Positions 12,396-27,057 of a DNA stretch of 64,000 nt are shown one piece after another; the first letter of the stretch is position 1, and each line of letters starts with the position of its first letter. The position numbers and the translations under genes were made by a program. The notes under the pieces were generated by a model. The model ran no database searches and was not told the origin of the DNA. It saw only the letters and a program-made list of their open reading frames with translations. Location of the stretch: positions 41,292,001 to 41,356,000 of the forward strand of contig OZ024744.1 in the NCBI GenBank assembly GCA_964016885.1. The letters run 5' to 3'. This DNA is from Eledone cirrhosa. Its lineage: Eukaryota.

Positions 12396-14912
12396 TCATC
12401 ATCACTGTTTTATGCCCATTCTTCCACACTAGCATGGGTTAGACAGGTTGTCCTGTTATGGGCAGTGCCAGGTCGGATGACCTTGTCTTGCTCATAGGGG
12501 AACTGATTCTGGCTTGATTTCTACAGATGGATGCCCTTCCTAACACCAACCTCATTTACAGTGAGTGCTGGGTGCTTTTTAGTGGCACCTTCACGTCCAC
12601 TTTACAGTATGGGCTGGGTGCTTTTTCGCCGTGGCACCTCCACGACCACCTTGCGGTGGGGGTGTGGGGGCATATTGTCTATATGTTTCAGCTTGTACCC
12701 ATGGGAGGTCGGGTACTCTGTATTACTGCGTGACGCCAGAGGTCACGGTCGTGTGTCATTGCAAATTATAAACAGTTATATTAATTAAGTAGAAATATAA
12801 ACAATAATCAGTTAAACAAATAGTTAAACAAATAGTTAAACTCATTCACAGTGAGTACTGGGTTCTTTTTTACCTGTGGTGCATATATGACCACTTTACA
12901 GTGTGGGCTGGATGCTTTTTTGTTGTAATACTTCCACGACTACTTTGCAGTGGGAGAGGCTGGGGGGGGCGGGCATATTGTCTATATGCTTCAGCTCTGG
13001 TTTGTACCCGTGGGAAGTTGTGTCTTCTGTATTACTGCGTGACGCCAGAGGTCACGCTCCTGTGTCATCGCCTTTGAGAGGTGTAATTGGGTTAGGTCGA
13101 CTTTTATCACCTCATCCCAGGTCTTCTTGGGTCTCCCCACTCCACGGCTTCCATCGATTTCTAGTGCTCTGCACCTTTTTATGCAGCTGTCGTCTTTCAC
13201 ATGCATCACATGTCTATACCAACGCAATCTCCTCTCCTGCACACAGCATTTGATTCCTCTCTGCTCAGTCTTTCTCTCAATTATGCTTTGCTGTTCATAT
13301 ATATTACTATTACACATCCATTGGAGCATGCAAGCTTTGTTTCTTTCTAATCTACGGAAGTCTTCTACACACAGTGCCCAGGTCTCACTACCATGTAACA
13401 TTGCTGATCGTATGCATGCATCATACAGTCTGCCTTTTATTTTGAAGAAAAAGCGTTTTGTAGCTAGCAGTGGCAGTAGCTCCCTGAACTTCTTCCATCC
13501 TGTTCTTATCCTGGTTACTGCATTTTCAGAACACCCACCTCTGCTGCTAATTTGGTCACCTAGGTAGCAAAAGTTGTCTACTGTTTTTACAGATTCCTCC
13601 CAGAGTTTGGTGGTGCTCATTTCCTGCGGCCGTTTGCTGCTTGCTGTCATGGTGCAGCTGCTACATGTAACGCCTGCATTCTTAGCTAAGCTTCCTGAGA
13701 TCCCACTATATCTCTTGTGTACCCATTGTTTGCATTTGAGGCGAAGAATGGAGTTCCTACCTACACCTTTCCTTCATACTGAACAAGGCCATTTCTTTGA
13801 GGGCATCTGGGCTCTGTTTTCTCGTCTACTTACGAGGACCTTAGTCTTTGTCCAGCTGTCTTTGAGACCCTTTCTTTCTAGTCTCTGCTTCTATGTTTGG
13901 AATTTCTTCTTTAGTTCCACCATAGATTCAGCTATAAGTGTAAGATCATCTGCATACAGAAGTACCCATGGGCATCCGGTCTTGAACTCCTCTGTTATAG
14001 CCTGCAATACTATAATAAACAGGAGAGGGCTAAGAACAGAGCCCTGGTGGACACCGACCTGTATGCTAAATTCCTCACTATAATCATTGTTAATCCTAAC
14101 TTTGCTGACTGCTCCCCTATACATGGCTTGTACAGCTTTCACAAGCCATTTATCTATTCCTAGTTTTCTAAGAGCCCACCAGATTATGGCATAGGGCACT
14201 CTGTTGAAGACTTTTTCCAGATCGATGAATGCCAGGTAGAGCTGCTTACTTTTAGCTAGGTACTTTTCCTGTAACTGCCTCACAAGGAAGAGAGAATCAG
14301 GGGTCAATTTTCCAGGCACAAACCCAAACTGCATCTCATCTAGTTTTACTCGGTCCCTGTGCTATAACTCTTTCTGTTACTTTCATGACCTGGTCCATCA
14401 GCTTTATACCTCTGTAGTTTCCTCTATCTAGTGCATCACCTTTACCTTTGTAGCAGTTGACAATGATGCTGCTACAACAATCCTTTGGTTTAACACCCTC
14501 TAGTATTACATGGTTAACAATACGTGTAGTTATGGTGTGACCTACCGACCCCAATGGTTTCAGCATCTCGGCAGCTATACCTGATGGACCAGTTGCCTTC
14601 CCAGTCTTCATATCTTTAATTGCCTTACTTACTACACTGCTGCTAACTTGTATTGCTGGCCCCTCTATAGGGTCCACTTGGGGTAGAATCTCTTTCTCCC
14701 ATGCATTCTCCTCATTTAGTAATCTTTCGTAATGGCTCTTCCATGCATCTTTCTTCTTGGTACTTATGAGGGCAAGCTCACCTTTATTATTCCGGACACA
14801 CTTCTCTCCAATGACATCATCATTTTCTCTAACACACTGCCACGCAATCCTGAACACCTCCTCTTTCTGGTCATCAGGCTGCAAAACATGCTTGAATTTT
14901 CTAACCTCCGTT
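12396..14912 (-). mobile_element. RTE-clade LINE, 5'-truncated, frameshifted RT, duplicated 3' UTR
   Basis: ORFs 14336-14884 (KATGPSGI, YKGKGD..NYRGIKL), 13891-14334 (QFGF, FIDLEK, GVHQGSVLSP.LF, LLYADD) and 12991-13650 (FCYLG, HGSETW, RLRWY.HV, GRPKKTW). (GAT)n tail at ~12396. Confidence 0.92.
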
Positions 14913-14916
14913 ATAT

Positions 14917-15160
14917 ATTAATTAAAAGTAGTTAAGATGGGGGTTACTTCACCATAATTGCTTTATTGCATGATATATATTTCTGTTACATGGTTATGCA
15001 TGTGACTTCATCAGATGCTCATATAATCATAGGTGTAATTATGCAACAATGGGATATGTTGATGGTCATGTATTACCATCCTGTTGTGATGCCAGAAATA
15101 ATATATATCATGCAATAAAGCAATTATGGTGAAGTAATGCTGTCTTTACTTTTAATTAAT
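14917..15160. repeat. Inverted repeat (~68-bp arms) overlapping a hammerhead
   Basis: ttacttcaccataattgctttattgcatgatatata vs tatatcatgcaataaagcaattatggtgaagtaa. Confidence 0.88.
14968..15018 (-). ncRNA. Minimal type-I hammerhead ribozyme
   Basis: GCAU-CUGAUGA-[a gucacaug cauaac cauguaac a]-GAAA-UAUAUA-UC-AUGC. Stem I is gcau/augc, AUC triplet; the first stem-II pair is an A.A mismatch. Confidence 0.7.
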
Positions 15161-18100
15161 AAATGAATACACCATCACTCCCAATCACCAACTTTTAGCT
15201 GAGATAAACTACTGACGTGAAGTGCTTTTGGATTGCTTGAACCTGCTTTTCCTTATGAAGCTACAATGTAACATCCACGTATAAGCACCATATCTTCTGC
15301 AAGAATATATATATAAGTTTCAAGTCAGTTGAAGTGAATCTGTGTCAGTTAACATGTTGGCAAGAGAACAATGAAAATTTTGACACCTCAAAATAAGTTA
15401 TAAATAGAAAGTGAATTTAACAGTTTTGTGTGTATTTGAATGACCATAATGACTCTTCCACAATGTAATTGATTCAGTTTCAATACATGGTCTCTGAAAA
15501 ATCGGTAAGCTTTTTAGATAGATCTAAATTTCTAGGATTTATTATTTTCAGTTATAGACAAATTCTAAATTGTTAACTTAATGAATATTTCTTGGTAGAT
15601 TTCTGCTGATACATAACTGATAATATAGACTATCTCCTTTTAAATTAGATGCCTGATGACCACCTCATTAAATGAAGCAATAAGTTGCTATGTTGTTTAG
15701 TCTCAGGTCATGTCTGATCAAGCAAACCTGTAATCAAAAAACATTCCATCCATGTTCATACCTTATTTTTGTATTTGCATTTAAGACAGTATATCTCAGA
15801 TCATATTATCTTGTGTAACCCTTTTTTATATATAGTATGGTGGAATTTGAAGGAGATTTGGCTGGTTTAATTTTTTATGTTTTGGGGTAGTATACTTAAT
15901 CCACCATCCAGTTGAGCCCCACTATCTGGTCTATGGGTGTCTTTAGTAAATGCATTCCATCATTCAAGTAAACACCATCATCTAGCCCTTAGCTGCTTTT
16001 ACATGGAATACACTCTGTTATAAGAAATCAAACTGGTCTCTACTTTGAGTATACTAGCCTCCCTTAATTCCACCAGTCTTGGAGTCTCTGAAAAGGGCCA
16101 TGGATACTACTTTTCCCTCCTTAATGAAACTGTAAAAAAATATATATAAGCATGATTTCACCATCATAAACAAAACTAAGTCTTTAGATATATTAGCATA
16201 ACATTCTTGGTAAATAAATTTGGTTTAAACACAGCTGGTATAATTTGATCTCTAAAATGGTATATTACAAATTAATGATTTTTTTTAATGTTTACCAGTT
16301 TTCTCTACAAAATGTAATTAATACTAGTTAGAACAATACTTACTGGCTTGTTTGATGTAGTAAATATTAAATATTACTCTTGAAGGAATCAAATATCATT
16401 ATTGAGGAAAACTATAGTTGTCTTCCCTTTTAGCTGTTATTTAGCTCTATGCCAGCTTTAACTCTTTAGACTAATGATAACAGGTGTTACAGCCATTTTC
16501 ATCCCAGCTGCATACTTTTTTTTTCACCAGAGAAGCATGTATCCATGTCAACATATCCCCAATTTGTTCTTCCATAAAAAAAAATAGTAATGCAATAAAC
16601 ATTTAAGCTAATAATAATGAGGAAGATGGCTGAAAATGTCAAAATCAAAAGCTTCTGTAGAGTTTCCATCTACTCAATTTCACTCTCAAGGTTTTGGCCA
16701 GCCTAAGGCTATGATAAAAGATAATTGCTGAAGATACCATATAGAAAAATCACACCCAGGATATTATGATTACAAAGCAAACTTCTTATTTAATTGCCCT
16801 TGCTGCTTTCATATGTAATATAGCTTTAATATTCTTTTTTAATTTTTTTTACTTGTTTTAGTTAGACTGGCCATGCTGGAGCACAGCCTTCAACGAATTT
16901 AGTTAAGCATGTTGATCCCATTATTTGTTTCTTCAAGTCTGATACTTATTTTATCAAACTGCTAAATTATGAAACATAAACAAACAGTAAAAATAAACAC
17001 AGACACAGAAACACATACACACAAATATGTTTACTACAGTCTTTTGTACAGTTTCCATCTACCAAATTCCACTCATATGGCATTAATAAACCGAAAGCTA
17101 TAGTAGAAGACACTAAAGCTATCTGAAGTTAAGTTACAGTTTTGTCTAATGACTGATTGGCATGTAAGATGGAAGTCTACATAAATAGAAATGATAAGCA
17201 ACTATGCAGAAATGGAATGGATTTCTTTTGCTTTCAACGATTAGTGTTCCAGTTATCTGATCAATAGTATAGCCTGCTTGTGAAATTAATGTGTAAGTGA
17301 CTGAGCATTCCCCTAACCATATGTACCCATAACATAATTCTCAATGAAATTCAGATTGTGATAAGGTTGTCTCAAACAATTTCTGTCTACCCAATTTCCA
17401 ATTTCACTCACAAGGCAGGAGTCAACATGAAGATAGGGAAAATGACATTTGCCCAATATGCCATGAAGTGGGATTGAATTTCAATTCAACTTTAATATTT
17501 TTGCATTTAAACTGGCCATATCCAGCCAGAATTCTTTCACTTCCTTCTGTTCAAACTGGCCATAACTAGCCACTCAGAGTGATGTTAAGGTATTCTTCTC
17601 AAAATAAATAGTATCAAAATCTCATAGATTCCATATTATGTGAGAATACAATAGTATATATAGAGTAATGTAAATGCTAAAGGGTTGAGCCCATCTTTAT
17701 AGAAGGGTGTTGTCTTTATCAGCATCATCATTTTACATCTGTTTTCCATGCTGTCATGGGTTGGATGGGTTGTCATGGTCCAGGTTTAGATAGATCAAAG
17801 GACCATATCTTGTTTATAATTCCAGTTTGGCATCGTTTATATGGTTGGATAATCTTCCTAATGCCAACCACTTTACAAAGTACATTTTATTGTGGAACCA
17901 GCCTTAAAACACATGGCATATGCTGAGTGCAAACAAGATGGATTGGGTGCACTTTATCATAGCACTGGCACTAAAAATTTAGACCATACTGGGTACATTT
18001 GAACATGGTACCAGCTCTACAATTCTACAGTGTGTATTGGGTACATTTTATTGAGGCACCAGCACTACCACTGTAAAATGAATCTTCAATTCACATAGTT

Positions 18101-18261
18101 CACACTTACATGCACACACACACACAAATGTGATGCAGTTTATATAGAAGCACATGCACAAAGAAAACAAAGATGAACTCTTCAAAGTTTATATGCTGTG
18201 ACTTTCATATGGTTTTATTGACAAGGGAGATAGGTACATGGTCAACTGACAAAGGTTTGCA

Positions 18262-18309
<48 letters not shown>

Positions 18310-18334
18310 TAATAATAATAATAAAATTGTTTTT

Positions 18335-18770
18335 TAATTGAGGCTCAAGGCCAGCAGTTTTAGTTTAATAAATAAGTCAATTACATTGCCCCCCCCCCCC
18401 CTCAGTATTTAACTGGTACTTTATTTTATCAACCCCATAAGGATGGCAGGCAAAGTTGACCGTGGCGGGATTTCAGCTCAGAATATAGAGAGACATAATT
18501 AAATGCTGCAAAGCATTTTGTCCAATACTCTACCGATTCTGCCAACCGAATTATAATAATAATAATCATTCTGATTTAGGCGCAAGGCCAGCATTTTGGA
18601 GGACGGGGAAAATCGAATAAATCGACCCAGTTTGTTACTGGTACTTTATTTTAACAACCCCGTAAGGATGAAAGACAAAGCTAACCTGGGTGGGATTTAA
18701 ATTCAGAACATAAAGAGCCATAACTCTATGCCACAAAGCATATCTCACGCTCTACTGATACTGCCAACCC
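18335..18770 (-). mobile_element. Two tandem SINE copies, same family, in (TAA)n
   Basis: Two copies of the actggtactttattttatc..aaggatgaaaggcaaag core. Confidence 0.75.
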
Positions 18771-19302
18771 AATAATAATATCAATAATAATAATATCAAT
18801 AATAATAATAATAATAATAAACAGTAGTAATAATAATGATAACAATATTGATAACAATATAACTCATAATAATAACAATAATAATAATGATGATAATAAT
18901 AATACTGATATTCACAATTATGATAATAGTGAAAATAATAATAAAATAAAATAACAATTTAATGATAATTTCGGAAGTATTACAGTTGGTGGGTTCTTTA
19001 TACATATATGTGTGTGTGTGTGTGCATATATATCTATAAGTATATAATATGTATGTATATACATACACATACACACATGCATACATACACACACATATGC
19101 ATACATACTTTTTACATATATGTATATAGACTCATGGATAGAATGTACATATTAACAGTTGGTTAACAATCCAGGCATTAATAAATTCTTGCAGAGCGAG
19201 AAAAAATACTGAACGATCTCCCCTCATGCCCTCTCTCTTCACTCCTTCTTTATATGTAATCATCATCATCATTTAACGTCTATCTTCCACACTAGCATGG
19301 GT

Positions 19303-20165
<863 letters not shown>

Positions 20166-20397
20166 CAGTTTTATTCATAACGGTACAGGATTTGTTTTGC
20201 ATACATACTTTGAACGTAGTAAGGTTGAGGGTAGTGTTGTAACAACATGCATAGAAACATTACAACAATAGGTATAACAACTATTAAAAGTTATGTGATA
20301 AAGGGAGATAAATTTTCAGAAAAATAGTAAAATATCTTTTGTTCTACTGTAGTATGTGACGAAATTAGCAAAATAAAGGGAACAGAAGAAATGGAAT

Positions 20398-20439
<42 letters not shown>

Positions 20440-20679
20440 GTATGTATGCATGTATGTATGTATGTATGCATGCATGCAGGTATGTATCTATGCATGTATG
20501 TATGTATGTATGTATGTATGTATGTATGCATGTATGTATGTATGTATGTACATATATATATTACTGCTGAAAAAGAAAAATAATATTTTAAAAATAAGTT
20601 AAAGAGAACTGAATTTTTTTAATGTTTTTTAAATGAAAAATCATTCTCACCAAATTTACAACAGAATTGAATAAAAAGT

Positions 20680-20778
20680 AAAAAAAGAAAAAAAAGAAAA
20701 AAAAGAAAAAAAAAGAAAAAAAAGAAAAAAAAGAAAAAAAAAGAAAAAAAAGAAAAAAAAAGAAAAAAAAGAAAAATA
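20680..20778. repeat. (GA8-9)n A-rich tandem array
   Basis: Repeating gaaaaaaaaa units. Confidence 0.9.
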
Positions 20779-21267
20779 ACAATTTAAAGAAAAATGGTCA
20801 ACAAAATGTGAATTGGAATTGTTTTTTTTACAAGGCTCTGCTGATCTTGTTATGTTTATTCAAATTGTTAATCTGAAGAATTTCTATAAAATGGAGGAAT
20901 GTAATGGTAAACTTTACTATCAACTAAACTTTCTCTTATTATAAAATTGTTTTCATTAAAATATCTAAAGTATCTTTTCTAATGAACGAACTGCTGTTAT
21001 TGGACTAACAATTTTAATTTTTAATGTGATATAGTTATAGTGCTGTTTTATATTTTCAAGAATGTCTTTTCTAATGTGGTTTCAGTATAGGATAATAAAA
21101 GGTTAATTTAAATGTTTATACTATCTTTATTAGTGAACAGCTGATTATTAAAATTTGCAGTAAACTAAAGACTTGAATTTTTAATCTGATACAGCCATAG
21201 TACTGTTTTATACCTTTCATTAATGTTTGTTATTATTATGTGGTACAGGACATTAATAGTAAATTCG

Positions 21268-21432
21268 CAAAATTCATTAGTTCTTTCATCATTAGTAGTT
21301 ATTAGATAAATATTTAGAATATCTTACATGTTATGTATTACATTGTTTGGCATACAATTTATCTTACATATCTCACATTCTCTCTCTTTCTCATATATAT
21401 AAATACGTGTGTGTGTGTATGTTGTGTGCATA

Positions 21433-21468
<36 letters not shown>

Positions 21469-21633
21469 CATGCACACAACATACACACACACACGTATTT
21501 ATATATATGAGAAAGAGAGAGAATGTGAGATATGTAAGATAAATTGTATGCCAAACAATGTAATACATAACATGTAAGATATTCTAAATATTTATCTAAT
21601 AACTACTAATGATGAAAGAACTAATGAATTTTG
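21268..21633. repeat. 366-bp palindrome centred on (AT)n
   Basis: 21301-21420 is the exact reverse complement of 21481-21600; single internal mismatch at 21432/21469. Confidence 0.97.
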
Positions 21634-22184
21634 AGAAACTGTAACAATAATGTGCTATATATATCATCATCATCGTCATAACCATTTAGCAAGGAAAATG
21701 GATGTTAAATGATAATGATGATGATATATATATTTATATACATATATGGTACATTGTTGTTGTTACATATTTGTTAAATGTACGATAGGATGTATATGTG
21801 TAAACACAAATACATATCTAAATTGATTTCTCGAGTCCAGTAGAAGACAGAGACTTCTTATTTATTTGACCATAAAAGGAAAAGAGAGCAATAGCAAAGT
21901 AGAAAAGAATTACTTCAATAAAGAATTGAATCTCATATGTTGGGTGGAAGTAAACACTAAAAGACATTTAATCCCTTCCCCTGCACAACAATTTCTGTGA
22001 CTCGACCATCTAACTAATAGTTATTGTTTTCTCAAAGGAGCACACAACCACATACTTTGGAAAAGGGAGTACAGTTAATTATATATTGATTGGTACTGTG
22101 TTTTAATCAGCCCCCTCACTAATCATGAAAGGCTATGCTGTAATATTGATCTCTAAAATATCATTATTATTTGTCTTATTTAAA

Positions 22185-22372
22185 GGCGGTGGATTGGCAG
22201 TATTGGTAGAGGGTCGGACGCCATGCTTTGACGCATAGAGTTACGGCCCTTGCCATTCTGAGTTCAAATCCCGCCGAGGTTAACTTTGCCTTTCATCCCT
22301 ACGGGGTCGATAAAATAAAGTACCAGTAATACACTGGGTATTTGCTGGCCTTGTGCCTAACGTAGAAACAAT
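22185..22372 (+). mobile_element. tRNA-derived SINE, same family
   Basis: Full copy ggcggtggattggcagtattggtagagg...gtagaaaca, with TSD attatttgtcttattt. Confidence 0.88.
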
Positions 22373-22854
22373 TATTTGTCTTATTTTTATTTGTGTGTTG
22401 TCACCTTAGGTATGTGACAAAGGAAAATAACACATGTTGCCTTGAGCCTATGTAAGAAATCAATATATTAAGGTATACAAGCATAGAATATTTTACAACC
22501 CCAATTCACAAATGTTTAAAAGAATATTTAAGAATTTCAAACAAATCTATAACAGTAACATCAACAGAAATAACATCTATTATATTGAAATTGATGTATC
22601 TGTCATATAAAAAGTCTGTCACGGGGAGGTAAGATTGTGTGTGTGTGTAAAAGAGTGAAAGAGAGAGAAGGGGAGGAAGCAGCGATGGAGGCAGCGCCAA
22701 AATTCTTTTTTAAACCTATGCTGTATGAAAAATATTGTTATTATAAATGAGTAAAATATTCCTTTTTGGTAGTTTCAAACATTTAAAAAATATATTCGAT
22801 TTATTTTCTTGTGTCACGTATATGTAATTAAATATTGTAAATATTATTTGCTTG

Positions 22855-22891
<37 letters not shown>

Positions 22892-23045
22892 ATATGTATA
22901 TGTGTGTGTGTGTATGTATATAACTTATAAATGAAAAACATAAATTGGCATATTGATCTTTAATATTTCGTAGTTGTTTCTATTTAAACTGTAGGATTTC
23001 CATGAGGTCAGAGTGTATTGTAAAAATAAGAGTGTATTGTAAAAA

Positions 23046-23079
<34 letters not shown>

Positions 23080-23080
23080 C

Positions 23081-23112
<32 letters not shown>

Positions 23113-23952
23113 GTGTGTGTGTGTCTGTGTGTGTGTGTATATATATATATATATGTACATACATACATATATATACATGGATATTTAGTGAGCATTTGTG
23201 TAGAGTTCACTAAATGCATGTGTTTATGGATATATTCAGAGTGTGTGTATCAGAGTATGTGGGTGTGTGGGTGTGCAGATATGTGTTGGAACGTGAGAGT
23301 TTCATCCCAAAATATGCAGGTTTCCTATAACAGTCATCTAGGTATGTTTATAATGTAGCTGGATGAATGATGACAAGTTCGATTACATCAAACTGTCACA
23401 TACAATCTTATAGTTCAGACATGACAGGTAGATTTTGATCTTAACTTTTTTTTCTCTTGCAAGAATATATTTTCATTTTGTTAATTTATTTATAAATTCA
23501 AAGATTTGTTAGGAAAAAATTCGGAGTATAATTTTTCTTTTTTTTTCTCCATAAATGGTAAAGAAAATAATCGGGAGCTAGTGTTTTATAATGAATATTG
23601 AATTTTCAGTGTAACAGACCAATTCCTGGACTTTAAACATACCAAGAGACTGTGCAGTGATATATATATATTATATATATAATATGTGTATATATATATG
23701 CATATATATATATATATATACCTACACACGCACATACATATGTGTGTATATATATATGTGTGTATATATATATCTGCATGTATAAGATTCCAAGTATATG
23801 TGTGTAAGTTTATATACACATACACACACACATGTAAGCACACATAAATTCGTATGGAAATGTTTACCTAAATATAAGTATATTAACATTTGGAGAGAAA
23901 TTTAGATATTCAATTTAATGTTCAGTAACATTAAATATATATAATTAATTTC

Positions 23953-23989
<37 letters not shown>

Positions 23990-23994
23990 CATGA

Positions 23995-24059
<65 letters not shown>

Positions 24060-25171
24060 TACACATGTATATATACACACACATATATATATATATATAT
24101 ACATATGAGTGTGTATGTATATTTATATATATGTAAGTGTTTATGAATGTATACATTTTTCCATAAATGATACATATCTTTCTGGACCAAACTTTATAAA
24201 TACTGACAATCATCGGATGAGAAACTCATTTCTTGCGGTGTTTGTCTTGGTAATTCTTTTTTGTAATTTTATTCATATATTTATGATTTATTTATATATT
24301 TATTAATATTATTATAATAAATATTATTAACATTATTATTATTACCCTATATGTCGGCCCTTGTGGCCAATAAATGAAATCATTATTATTATTATTATTA
24401 AAGTACTAGTAATGCACTGGGTAATTGCTGGCCTTGTGCCAAAAGTAGAAGCAATTATTATTATTATAATCATTATTATTATTTATATCTTTTATTTATA
24501 TATATACATATTTTTTTGTTTTTGACACAAAATCAGATTTTCAGAGATACATCTACAGAATTTTGTCAGCATTAAAAATATTGTAAAGTGATATGAAGTA
24601 TGTGTGAGTGTTTGTGTGTGTATCAGCTAATATACTCTGAGAAAATGAAACAAATAGACGTGCACTTACTATATATTTAAATATGATAGCTAATAGGCTC
24701 ACTAATTCTACTACACACGTTTGTCTAAATACATCATTAATTGATATGCAATTTTGCTTTCGAAAAATAAATATTGGTCTTCATCATGATCTAAAAGAAT
24801 ATTTAAATATCTTTTCCATTAGCAGGTCAAACTTAAGATAGCCCCTTGATTTATTTTTCTTTTCTTTTTTTTTTTTATTGGGTGATAGATACCATGTCAA
24901 TATTTTGTAGGTAAATTCTTAGAATATCTGCAGAAAAAATAGTATATAAGTAAAAGAATTTACATATGTACTATTTTAAATGAGGTATCATTAATTAATA
25001 TAAATAATTTCCAAAATACACTTATTCGGGATTTTTTTTTTTTTCATAACAAGTTCAGCTCCTTGTAAATATACATATGAGAATTGGTTTTTGAAACAAA
25101 GTCTCAACATAATCTAATGAAACAAAAGAAAAGAAATATATATATACGATGTGTTATATGATGCATATATA

Positions 25172-25428
25172 TATATTAATAAAAGGAATTCCAACTTTGT
25201 CTGATTTACTCGTTTTATTTACAATCCTTTAAAATTATAATGATATTATAATGAAATAGTATGGTAGAATATTAAATGTTAAATGTTAATTCAATTAGAT
25301 GTTAGTTCAATTAACATTTAACATTTAATATTCTACCATACTATTTCATTATAATATCATTATAATTTTAAAGGATTGTAAATAAAACAAGTAAATCAGA
25401 CAAAGTTGGAATTCCTTTTATTAATATA
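25172..25428. repeat. Inverted repeat, 120-bp arms, 17-nt spacer
   Basis: Arms 25172-25291 and 25309-25428; one mismatch. Confidence 0.97.
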
Positions 25429-25460
25429 ATCTTCTATACAGAATCATACACACCTGTGTA

Positions 25461-25510
<50 letters not shown>

Positions 25511-26100
25511 CATATATATACATAATATACATATACATATGTGTGTGTGTGTGTGTTTATATATATATATATTCATACATATATGTGTTTATATAATGTG
25601 TGTGTATGTGAGTGCGTGTGTATGTATGTATGGATGGATATACATATATTATAAGATGTGTGGAGATCTAATTCAAATTTAAATCATTATCCATTGTGAA
25701 GTGTTGTGCGATTTTATAGATTTTTTTAAAAGTGATATCTGAGTGAGGTAGTGAGAACCCACATATAATCTAGTATGGAACCAATAATTTTAAATCGCAA
25801 AATATGAAAAAGATATTAATGTGAAAATTAATGTAGTGGTTCGTATCAAAGTACTAATTGGATTGATAAGATTTAAAGCTACAGGATACAGATTTTCCTT
25901 TTAAATATATATGTAATTTAAATGATAAATTAAATATGTTCACTGGGCATCATAGAGGAGTTGTTAAATATACTTATGTGAAATAAAAATAACGCTACAC
26001 TTATTTGCTATCAATATGGTTTAAGCTTGATCAAAGATCGTATTTATCATATATAATATACATATATATATATATATCTAATACACACACATATACATAC

Positions 26101-26131
<31 letters not shown>

Positions 26132-26292
26132 CACGCACACATATATATGTATGTATATATACATACACACACACATACATATATTATGTATACATGCATT
26201 ATAATATATAAACATTATATATATGTATACATATATTATAATATATAAACATTATATATAAATGTATATATATTATATGTATTTATATATAC

Positions 26293-26329
<37 letters not shown>

Positions 26330-26362
26330 CACATACACAAATATATATATATACAGATACAT

Positions 26363-26395
<33 letters not shown>

Positions 26396-26768
26396 CACAC
26401 GCATATATATATATATACATATATGCATATATAAACTACGTTAGATCTGTTGATAGATTAACTGACTGATATTTACATGGATATTTTGAGTTAGATAAAT
26501 AAGTTTGATAAGAAGATATAAGACTGATAAGGTAGATAAGATTGCTAGATAGAGAAAAGAAATATAGTGAAGTTTAAGTGATGGATTGGTTAGGTAGACA
26601 GGTGTGATATGGAAATAGATATAACATTCTTTGACCGTTAAGAGGCTCCCATTCGTTTGACCAGCAACATATATTTTAGGGGTTTACTTTTTTTTTTAAT
26701 TTAATTCAACTATGTTCTTTTGTTTCACTTTTCATACGTCTAATACCTTACAATTTAATGAAAGATAT

Positions 26769-27057
26769 TTACTTTTGAAAACCTGTCATGTGCATACGCT
26801 TGACAGTATCCAACTTATGATTTTTACTGCTGTTCTTTTGGTGAGTGTACGATGATATTTTAGTCCCATGAAGCATCAAAGTCCACTCACTGAATACCCC
26901 CATATCTACTCTGCTTGACCAGCCAGAATTGAGACGTACAGTTAAGGTCCAACGTCCACGCGGATTCTCTGCCCACGTGTGGGTGGTCATGAAAGGCCAG
27001 CGTTTGAAACCATTCTTATTATCTGCATCTCTCGGACGGCGACTGAGAATCATTGAT
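26769..27057 (-). CDS. PCSK2: Prohormone convertase 2 terminal coding exon
   Basis: (T)SMILSRRPRDADNKNGFKRWPFMTTHTWAENPRGRWTL...EWTLMLHGT...MTGFQK*, with WPFMTTHTW.E.P.G.W and W.LMLHGT motifs. Polypyrimidine tract plus CAG acceptor at 27058-27060; TAA stop at 26769-26771. Confidence 0.96.

Noticed and set aside
13127-14083. Plus-strand ORFs of 146 and 169 aa (also 35204-35698 on minus)
   Set aside because: Antisense shadows of the RTE coding strand.
22185-22280. Possible tRNA gene (A/B boxes)
   Set aside because: Head of a multi-copy SINE with TSDs; no cloverleaf or anticodon arm could be folded.
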